DNA of 45,739 bases. Origin: Chiloscyllium plagiosum. Its lineage: Eukaryota. Below, one piece after another: positions 36,512 through 45,739 of the stretch. The first letter of the stretch is position 1. Each line of letters starts with the position of its first letter. The stretch covers positions 15,372,089 to 15,417,827 of the forward strand of contig NC_057751.1 in NCBI RefSeq assembly GCF_004010195.1. The letters run 5' to 3'. The position numbers were made by a program, and so were the translations under genes. The notes under the pieces were generated by a model. That model did no database searches. It saw only the letters and a program-made list of their open reading frames with translations, and was not told where the DNA came from.

Positions 36512-36742
36512 AACATTACGCATGACCTTCCCTGGGGACCTCAGTTGAGCTATAAGCAGAAAGTTTGAATACAACATCTTACCCTGCCGTGAGTTAATTG
36601 GTGGCTGGGTACAGGAGGCTGCAAAATGACCATTTGCCACTCTTATACCTTCTTGCCTGATTAGCTGTGCTCTCCAGCTCCCAGTCTGCTCCTGAGGACA
36701 TGGGGCATGAATGCCCAAAGTTCCTTCACTCACTTTTTGTTC
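36512..36742 (+). other. Probable continuation of the viral L fragment (linker and start of methyltransferase domain)
   Basis: Single frame with 3 stops: HDLPWGPQL (PWG at 36530) ... LLRTWGMNAQSSF (36689-36727; RxxGxN). Confidence 0.4.
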
Positions 36743-37004
36743 TAGAATCCCTACTGTGTGGAAACAGGCCATTTGGCCCTGTGCTTCATGTTCAGCCTCA
36801 GTCCAGTGAGCAGCTCTAATATCCAATATTGGGAACTAGCTCCAAGTGCTGCAAACCCAAAATAAGAACAGGCAATGTTGTCAACACACAGTCAACATCA
36901 AACAGACTAAAAATTAACAACTAAAATGCAAACCTTGCTGCTCCTTTTAAGCGTACCCTGCAATGCATTTACATTCCGTGCTGAAAAAAATAACATTCTC
37001 TCAA

Positions 37005-38170
37005 ACATAGAACAGTATAGCCAGTACAGGCCCTTCAGCCCTCGATGTTGTGCCTACCTTTTCCCTACTCTAAGGTCACACTGACCTACCCTTCATTGCA
37101 TTACCATCCGTGTGCCGATCAAGAGTCGCTTAAATGTCCCCAATGTATCTGACTCTACTACCATTGCTGCAGTGCATTCCATGCACTCTGTCTAAAGAAT
37201 CTACATCTTACATCTCTTCTAAACCTTCCACTAATCTCCTTAAAATTGTGTTCCCTCGTGAAAGCCATTTCCACTCTGAGAAAAAATCTCTGGCTATCCA
37301 CGCTATCAATGCCTCTCCTCATCTTGTACACCTCTGTCAAGTCACCTTTAGATTAGATTACATTACATTACAGTGTGGAAACAGGCCCTTCGGCCCAACA
37401 AGTCCACACCGACCCGCCGAAGCGAACCCACCCATACCCCTACCCCTACATTTACCCCTTACCTAACACTACGGGCAATTTAGCATGGCCAATTCACCTG
37501 GCCCTGCACATCTTTGGACTGTGGGAGGAAACCGGAGCACCCGGAGGAAACCCACGCAGACACGGGGAGAACGTGCAAACTCCACACAGTCAGTCGCCTG
37601 AGGCAGGAATTGAACCCGGGTCTCTGGCGCTGCGAGGCAACAGTGCTAACCATCCTTCTTCACTCCGACGAGAAAAGCCTGAGCTTCCTCAACCTGTCTT
37701 CATAAGACATGCCCTCCAGTCCAGGCAGCATCCTTGTAAATCTCCTCTGGACTCTCTCTGAAGCTTCCACGTCCTTCCTATGATGAGGCGACCAGAACTG
37801 AACACAGTATTCCAAGTGTGGTCTAACCAGGACTTTACACGCTGCAGCTCTTAAACTCAATCCCCCACGAATGAAAGCCAACACACCATATGCCTTCTTG
37901 ATAATCCTATCAACTTGGGTGACAACTTTGAGAGACCTATGGACGTGGACCACAAGATCCCTCCGTTCCTCCACACATCCTGCCTTTAACCTGTATTCTG
38001 CATTCAAATTTGACCTTCGAGAGTGAATCACTTTAACACTTTTTCAGATTGTACTCCCAAGTGCCACGTATCAGCCCAGTTATGCATCCTGTCAATGTCC
38101 CGTTAGCAACCTGCAAATGTCCTCCATGCTATCTACCACTCCTTCAACCTTGGTGTTATCTCCACCCAGA
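37005..38170 (-). mobile_element. CR1 LINE 3' portion, interrupted by a SINE
   Basis: KVLVRPHLEYCVQFWSPHHRKDVEASERVQRRFTRMLPGLEGMSYEDRLRKLRLFS; EVYKMRRGIDSVDSQ. Confidence 0.9.
37349..37652 (-). mobile_element. Young tRNA-derived SINE
   Basis: Highly similar to 27688-27995; nested in a CR1. Confidence 0.9.
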
Positions 38171-38240
38171 ATCACAGAATGGTTACAGGACAGGAGGCCA
38201 TTCAGCCATTTCATGTCCATGCTGCCCCCCCAACGAGTGA

Positions 38241-38740
38241 NNNNNNNNNNNNNNNNNNNNNNNNNNNNNNNNNNNNNNNNNNNNNNNNNNNNNNNNNNNN
38301 NNNNNNNNNNNNNNNNNNNNNNNNNNNNNNNNNNNNNNNNNNNNNNNNNNNNNNNNNNNNNNNNNNNNNNNNNNNNNNNNNNNNNNNNNNNNNNNNNNNN
38401 NNNNNNNNNNNNNNNNNNNNNNNNNNNNNNNNNNNNNNNNNNNNNNNNNNNNNNNNNNNNNNNNNNNNNNNNNNNNNNNNNNNNNNNNNNNNNNNNNNNN
38501 NNNNNNNNNNNNNNNNNNNNNNNNNNNNNNNNNNNNNNNNNNNNNNNNNNNNNNNNNNNNNNNNNNNNNNNNNNNNNNNNNNNNNNNNNNNNNNNNNNNN
38601 NNNNNNNNNNNNNNNNNNNNNNNNNNNNNNNNNNNNNNNNNNNNNNNNNNNNNNNNNNNNNNNNNNNNNNNNNNNNNNNNNNNNNNNNNNNNNNNNNNNN
38701 NNNNNNNNNNNNNNNNNNNNNNNNNNNNNNNNNNNNNNNN
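38241..38740. other. Assembly gap (500 N)
   Basis: Run of N; true size unknown. Confidence 1.
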
Positions 38741-39040
38741 TCACTCGGCCTCAATTACCTGGCAAAGGTCAGTAATGCTCGAACCTGGTAGCAGGCCCTG
38801 GCTTCGGCGAGCTCTCAGTCCAGTCGGGATCTCCTCCAGAAGCAGAAATGTTGTCTGTTTTCTGCTTTACTTTCCCCCCTCCTCTCGGTCCTCCGGCCGC
38901 CTCACCACCACCTTCACGTCCGAATGCGGCCGCTATGAGCCGCCATGTTAGTGCGGGGCAATCGCAGCGGTGCGCCTGCGCGGTGAGGGCCCGCGTTTTG
39001 CCCCGCAGTAAGATGGGGTCCTGGCAGCGGGGCGGAACTC
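38741..39040 (-). promoter_or_regulatory. CpG-island promoter and probable non-coding first exon of POLR3D
   Basis: CpG-rich; NRF1-type TGCGCCTGCGC 38971-38981; YY1-type AACATGGCGGC on - near 38945; minus-strand donors GTG|GTGAGG (38906/38905) and CAG|GTAATT (38759/38758). Confidence 0.7.
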
Positions 39041-39729
39041 AATGGTCATGTTGCCAGTTCTCCCCAGGTGGAAGAGGGGAACTCAGCCAAAAACTGTTGG
39101 GAATGTAAAGGACCTGAATCAACACTGTCGGTCTGCATTGAACTTGTTAAAAGCGATCTCCAACTGAAAGTGTGTGACAGACCCTGATCACCAATCTTTG
39201 AGAAGGGAGGCTTACTGGGTCAAAAATATGTAGGATCCATTGGACCTCCGTCAAGAACTCCTTCTTCTAGGGCTCAGCTGCAAGCATTCCACTGATCTGA
39301 TGCAATTTTCATGTAGCAAATGTGTACAGAACCCCTCGATCAGTTCTGAAGCGTTTGATTGTAATAAATGCTGCAGTTAGGCACTAAAATAAAACAAAGA
39401 ACTGTGGATGCTGGAGATTTGAAACAAAAACAGAAATTGTTGGCGAAACACAGCACTATTGTTGGAGGCGGTGGGGCGGGGAGCAGAGTTAACATTTCGA
39501 ATCCACTGACCAAATTGACCATACTATCCAGGGATGTGCAAGCTAGGTGGATTCGCTATGGGATATGCAGGACTACAGGGATAGGGTAGGGGGTGGGTCT
39601 GGGTGGAATGCTTTTTGAAAGGTCGATGTGGACTTGATGGGCCAAATGGCCTGCTTCCATGCTGTAAGGAGTCTATGACTCGACCCTCAGATATTGCCAC
39701 ACCCGCTAAGTTTCAGCATGAATTCCGCA

Positions 39730-41625
39730 AGTGTATGGTAAAGCCAGAGTAGTATTAACAAAGGATTCTAACTTTAACAGTAATTGGGAGAGGCAGCCAA
39801 GCACTCGTCAAAAAAGTAGTGAATCTCCAGAGTGTGTCTGGGATAGTTTCCTAGTTTCACACTTTTACCTGGATGCAACAAGAGTACAAACAATATTTGA
39901 CTTCGTCATGAATAATGAGCCAGATTTAAATAGTAAACTAATTGTGCACAAACATTTATCAAAAGTGATCATAACATAATTGAGTTCAATGTAACATTTG
40001 AAAGAGTAAAGAATGAACAGCTCTGAGAGCTTTACATTTAGGTAAGGCTGATGAGACAGAGAGTATCTACAAAAAGTGGGGAAAATCTGCTCAAGGGCAA
40101 AACAACTGAAGAACAGTAGAGAATGTTTAAAGAAACATTTAACATAATACAAAACCACTTTAGACCCCGAAGAGGAAAAGTGGACAAGAGAGAAAAAACT
40201 GAAATAAAGGTCTTACAAAAATGCAAAACTAAAACACAGATCCTGTTGAATGGGAAAGATACAAAGACTAGCCATGGACCACAAAGCAAATGAGAAGAGC
40301 TGCAAAAAGGGATTACAAAAGGAAATTAGTTAAGAGTATTAAAATCAATAAGAGAAAATGTTGTAGTTACATAAAGGGAAATTGGATGATCAGAAGCCAA
40401 TAAAGACTGAAAATGGGAATATTATCAATGACAACAGGGAAATGGCAGACATGTTGTACAACTGGTTTACCTCAGTATGTGCCAAAGGAAGATAGCTTGC
40501 TGGAAATCCAAGGAAATTAACTGTTTATCGGGAACAGAAACTGAATAAAATTAACATAAATTTATCATTGAGGAAATTGATGGAATTGATGAATGATAAA
40601 TCCCCAGGAGCTGACGGTTTCCATCCAAAGGTGTTAAAAGAAATACATTATAGACATCATAACTTTAATCTTTCACAGTTCCCTAGATACGCAACTCAGT
40701 CCTTTGCATTGGAAAGTTGCACATGTCACTCTGCTTTTCATGAAGGGCGAAATTATAGGGAATTACAGACCAGTTTGCGTAATATTTGTGGTGGGGAATT
40801 GTTGGAGTCTGTAATCAAGGATATGGTACCTGAACACCTTGAAAATTTTCAGCTTATCGGGGGATTCGGAATGGACTCATGACAGATGATCAAGGTAATT
40901 CTGGTTCTAGAAAGGAGTAGATCAGGGTACTTTCTGGATGGTCAAAATACAGTGTGTGTCCGAAGAGACTTGGGGTTCAAGTGCAGAGATCTTTAAAATT
41001 TCATGAGCAGTTACAGAAAATAATCAAGAAATCTAATGGCCTTTCTATCCAGAGGACCTAAGTTCAAGGATGCAGAACTTATGCAGTTAGACAAAATTCT
41101 GGTTATGCTCAACCTGGAGTACTGTGAGCAGATTTGGGCATCACATTCGAGGAAAAGCCTTAACACAGATTAACAAGAATGAGACCTGGATTTCAGGGTT
41201 ATGAAGAAAGATTATACAAATTAAACCTGTTTTCTCTTGAATTCAGAAGGTTAACGTGTGACCTGATCGAAGTCTTTAAGATGATACAAAGAAAAGGCAG
41301 GGTAAAGATAACTATTTTCACTGTTTGGGGATTCTCGAACTAGGGGGCCATGGCCTGAGAATTAGGGCCAGAGGTAAGAGAGATGTTAGGAAGTACTACT
41401 ACACTCAAAGGGTGTATATGTTTGGAACTCTCTTCCACAAAAGGCAAGGATACAGGATCAGTTGTTAATTTTAATTATGATGTAATTTTTTGTTAGGCAA
41501 AGATATTATGGGAAAGTGACCAAAGGTATTAAGCCATTGAATTAGGCCACAGATCATCCATGATCTCATTGAATGATGGAACAGGGTTGAGGGGCTGAAT
41601 GGCCTCCTCCTGTTCCTATGTTCCT
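39730..41625 (+). mobile_element. Degenerate, internally deleted CR1 LINE
   Basis: KSPGADGFHPKVLKE, GELLESVIKD; 3' tail GGGCTGAATGGCCTCCTCCTGTTCCTATGTTCCTA. Confidence 0.85.
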
Positions 41626-41896
41626 ATCATTGTTCTCACAACCCATTTAGCAACTTGTGCAAGACTCTTATTCAGCACACCTTCCCAGTTTAGCAACTTC
41701 TTGGTGTACGACTCCTATTTACTTCGCTATTCCACTGCTGTGGTTGCTGCCACTGCCACACACTTAAAAATGAAAATGTGAAAACACATCATCAATGCTA
41801 TGGATGGCAGAAACAAGTCAATTAAAGGACTACAAAAAAGATAGACAAATAAGGTAGCTTCATTCGAAGTTCATCAATTTTTAAAAATGATTTGGA

Positions 41897-42327
41897 ACTT
41901 ATACAGCATCTTTCATAATTGCAGTATGTCCTAAAGTACGAGTAAGGTACTTTTTTGAAGAGTAATCCCAGTTGCATTATACAAACTCAACAGCCAATTC
42001 GCACACATCAAACTTTCATAAACAGAAATGTGATCACAACCATCAATTTCTTTTGTAATGTCAGCTGAGGGATAAACATAGCCAGGTCACATAGATAATA
42101 GGTCTATTATTAGAAATAGTGGCTTGGGATCTTTCACATGCACCAAAGTGGGTAGCAACTCAGGCCTCAGTTTGAATGTCTCATCTGTAATTTGAGACAT
42201 TAATCTGAGAGTGCAGCACTCCCAAAAACTGCACTGGAGTGGCTGCCTTGACTTTCATTCTCACATCATGGTATATGATTGAAACTCACAACCCTATGAC
42301 TCAGAGATAAGTGAGAACCATCTGAGA
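41897..42327 (-). mobile_element. Deu-core (AmnSINE/SacSINE-like) SINE remnant
   Basis: GTGCAGCACTCCC..ACTGCACTGGAGT, GGCCTCAGTTT, GGGATCTTT and ACAACC.T.TGACTCAGAG motifs. Confidence 0.55.
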
Positions 42328-43819
42328 AACAACTAACATAAAATGCATTGCATATTTAAAGGAAATGGGGAAGAATGTGTCATTTAAAAAAAAACAGCAA
42401 GAGGTTGAAAGAATATGATGACAATGGGATCAGAATCTAGTTTTGATTTCCCAAATACTGACAGGTGAAAAGATACATAAGTGCATGACTATTCATTTAA
42501 ATTGCAGCTTGTGGGACCAAGAGTGGTGTATAACACAGCTGCTGTGTTCACCAATACAGTTTGGCTGGACTTCAAAGCAATTCCTTGTATTCAGACTGTT
42601 TGGTTCATAAGACACAATCAAAGTGATAAAAATGCTCTTTGTAGTTTGCTTTTGCAGTTGTTGTTAGCTTTTAGTCTTGGAGCTGTGAACAAGATTTAAA
42701 GTGGGATTCAAGAGATGTGTTTCACAATTCAAGTATGTTGTGATGGAGACCCCCAGAGATTTGCGATTGTAACGAGACACATAAATGCAAACGCCTACAG
42801 ACAGGGTGAAGGTAAGCAGATGAGGCCCAATTTCCTTGAGTATTATTCTGCAATGGTTTAGATTCCAAAATCGAAGATTGCTTGTATTTATTTAATTGAA
42901 TAATTAAAAAGCCAACATATCGTTAAAAAGAAATTCACACAACCTATCGACTGGGAATTATTTTAGTTATGCAATGTTCACAAAAGGGATCCTGAAATGC
43001 AAGTGCCACTGTAAGAACGCTTTCATTTCACATCATGCTCATACAAGGTAGTATTTGTTTTGGGGTTTTCTTGATACCAGCTGTGCTATAAATTGCAGTT
43101 GTGTGCAGGGCAATGGATTCTGTGGGATGATTTTCTGAGCAGACTACAAACTCATATGGCACACCTTTGAAACAAACACTCAGGTATCTTGGCTGGTAGT
43201 GAAAAGTCCCCTCCCTTCGCTTGAGCTGGCTGTGAAACTGTCACCCATCTCCTTCTGGCATATGCCTTTGCAAAGTAAAAAAGCCAAGAAAGAGAAGCAG
43301 TGTCTTATTTAAAGGGTGAGGTTCATAGCGAACAGCTCTGTGACACAGGACTCTGTGCTCTATGGCTGTTCCCAGCCTGAAGTAAAACATCAACTGGTGC
43401 GAGAAGAGCATCACTGAAACATCTTTGGTCAGGCCAACACTTACTGTTGTTCCAGTATAAAGACCTGTCCATGACCTAGTGTTGCAGACAAGTGATATAT
43501 TTCAAGAGCCAGGATCATGGGCTGAAGATACGCTAAAGCTTGGGGCAGCAGCTGCAAAGGCACACGGAAGAAGGACCATGAAGGTTAACCTATTGTAGAA
43601 CACTGAGTGACTCAAACTCCTGAACTGCATGCTCCATGAAACATCTGATATAAGTGTAAATATGTATTATAAATATAACCTGTAATTGCAAGTGGAGTGA
43701 AGCACCTCATACGCCATACCTGTTTTGAAAGAACATACACTGCACCTGTTTCAGCTGAACAAAATAGGGATAGACAAACCCCAGTTAAGACTGAAGCAAT
43801 CATCAGCTAGAAGCACCAA

Positions 43820-45415
43820 GTGGACGATCCATCTCAGCATCCAGCATCTCAGATGACAGTCTTTGGCCAAATCGATTCCCTCCACATGATATCAAGAAAC
43901 AGCTGGGGGTACTGGATACCTGACAACATTCTGGCAATAGTACTTAAGGTAAGTGCTCCAATCCCCAAGCTAAGCTCTTCTGGTACAGTTACAACACTGG
44001 CGTCTACTCGACAATGTGGAAATCTTTCCCGAATGTCTTGTACACGAGAAGCAGACCAAATCCAACCCAGCCAGTTATTACACCAAGACTCTACCCCTTA
44101 ATCATTAGTTTAGTGATGGAAGGTGTTACCAACAGTGTTATCGAGCAGCATCTGCTCAGCAATAACCTGCTCAGTGATGCCCAGTTTGCGTTCCGCTAGG
44201 GCCACTCAGCTCCTGACCTCATTACAGCCTTGATTCCATCATGGACAAAACAGCTGAATTCCAGAGGGGAGGAGAGAGTGACAGCCCTGAACATCAAGGC
44301 TGTATTCAATCAAGTGTGGTACTAAGGACCCTGATCAAAACTGGAATCAATGGGTATCAAGGGGCAAATGTCCACTTGGAGTCATAGCTGGTACATAGGA
44401 TGATTTTTGTGGCTTTTGGAGATTGGTCATCTCAGCTCCAGGACATCTCCGCAGGAGTTCCTCAGGGTAGTGTCCTAGGCCCAGCTGCTTCAGCTGCTTC
44501 ATCACTGACCTTCCCTCCATCATTAGGTCAGAAGGGGGATGTTTGCCAACGATTGCACAATGTTCAGCACAATTCATGACTCCTTAGATACTGAAACGGT
44601 CCATCTTCGAATGCAACAAGATCTGGACAATAACTAGGCTTGGGCTGACAAGTGGTAAGTGATCTTTGCACTACACAAATGCCAAGCAATGACTCTCTCC
44701 AATAAGAAAGGATCGAATAACTGCCCATTGATATTTAATGGTGTTACCATCACTGAATTTCCCACTGTCAATATCGTTGAGATTGCTATTGACCAGAATC
44801 TCAACTGGACTCATAAACACAGTGATTATAAAAGTAAGTCTAAGCCTGGGAATATTGCAGCAAGTAACTCATCTCCTGACTCCCAAAGCCTATCCACTAT
44901 TGACAAGGCTGAAGTATGGAATCTTGCTTGGATGGGTGTAGCTCCAACAACACTTAAAAAACTTGACACCATCCCGCACAAAGCAACCTACTTGACTGGC
45001 ATCACATCCACAAACATCCCCTCCCTCCACCACTGATGCTCAGGAGTAGCAGAATGTACTATCTACAAAATGCACAGTAGAAATTCACCATAAATCCAAA
45101 TTTGACAGCACCTTCCAAACCCATGACCACTTCCATCCCGAAGAACAAGGGCAGCAGATACACCGGAACACCACACTTCCAAGTTCCCCTCAACTCACTC
45201 ATCATCCTGACTTGGAAATACATCAGCCATTCCTTCAGTGTTGTTCGCTCAAAATCCTGGAATTCCCTCCCTGAGGGGCTGTGTAGGTCAACCTGCAGCA
45301 TGTTGACTGCAGCGATTCAAGAAGACAGCTCATCACCACCTTCTCAAGGGCAAGGAGGGATGGGCAACAAATGCTGGCCAGCCAACAATGCCCAGGTCCC
45401 TTGAGTGAATAAAAA
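43820..45415 (+). mobile_element. CR1-clade LINE, RT and 3' end, degenerate
   Basis: LLSDAQFAFR, GVPQGSVLGP (from 44454), FANDC (decayed FADD); ends TGAGTGAATAAAAA. Confidence 0.88.
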
Positions 45416-45442
45416 CATTTAACTACACGCCGTGACATCGAA

Positions 45443-45739
45443 ATGGCTCCGACCCCACTCCCAGCTCTGCACCCACACCAGCTCCCAGCTCCCAGCCCTG
45501 CCGAGTTTTCACCATCCCCCCAGACCTCCCCCTCACTGAGGACGAACGATCAGTCCTCAGCAAAGGACTCACCTTCGTCCCCCTCCGTCCACGCATCAAT
45601 GAATTTAATACACGCCGTGACATCGAACAATTCTTCCGTCGCCTCCGCCTCCGAGCTTACTTTCACAATCAGGACTCCCGCCCACCTTCCGAGGACCCCT
45701 TCGCCCACCTCAAACACACTGCATCCACCTGAACACCCC
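45443..45739 (+). mobile_element. Penelope-like element ORF N-terminal region (continues beyond the window)
   Basis: VFTIPPDLPLTEDERSVLSKGLTFVPLRPRINEFNTRRDIEQFFRRLRLRAYF is the typical PLE N-terminal LSKGLxFxP domain. Confidence 0.85.

Noticed and set aside
38234..38747. 7-bp inverted repeat CGAGTGA/TCACTCG flanking the gap
   Set aside because: Too short to interpret; chance or assembly edge effect
38092..38791. Long ORFs containing X runs
   Set aside because: Artefacts of the N gap
42676..42817. Strong donor AAG|GTAAGC with upstream acceptors (possible + strand exon)
   Set aside because: No recognisable protein or partner exons; unsupported without RNA data
43300..43590. TATA-like TATTTAAAGG followed by ACCATGAAG
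   Set aside because: Could be a first exon, but the donor is weak and there is no homology evidence

Overview
Vertebrate genomic DNA, most likely a shark judging by its repeat families (CR1 LINEs, tRNA-derived and Deu-type SINEs, Penelope remnants). Three host genes are present. A complete 4-exon WBP1-family gene lies on + (CDS 2282-12045, 328 aa) behind a promoter packed with phased PBX/PREP-type decamer + CCAAT units. An intronless divergent profilin lies on + (16134-16556). POLR3D/RPC4 lies on - (7 coding exons, 29278-20085); its first coding exon is not visible and probably falls in the N gap, with a CpG promoter near 38.9 kb. The main surprise is in the two POLR3D introns flanking the 44-nt exon. 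Sequence not explained by transposons translates, with stops and frameshifts, into ordered motifs of a negative-strand RNA virus L polymerase: RdRp core, conserved region IV, PRNTase capping domain, connector and probably the methyltransferase start. This looks like an old endogenous viral element, split into non-overlapping pieces in opposite orientations and perforated by younger TEs. All viral and paralogue comparisons are manual, against reference motifs recalled from memory, and need a profile search to confirm. TE boundaries are approximate.
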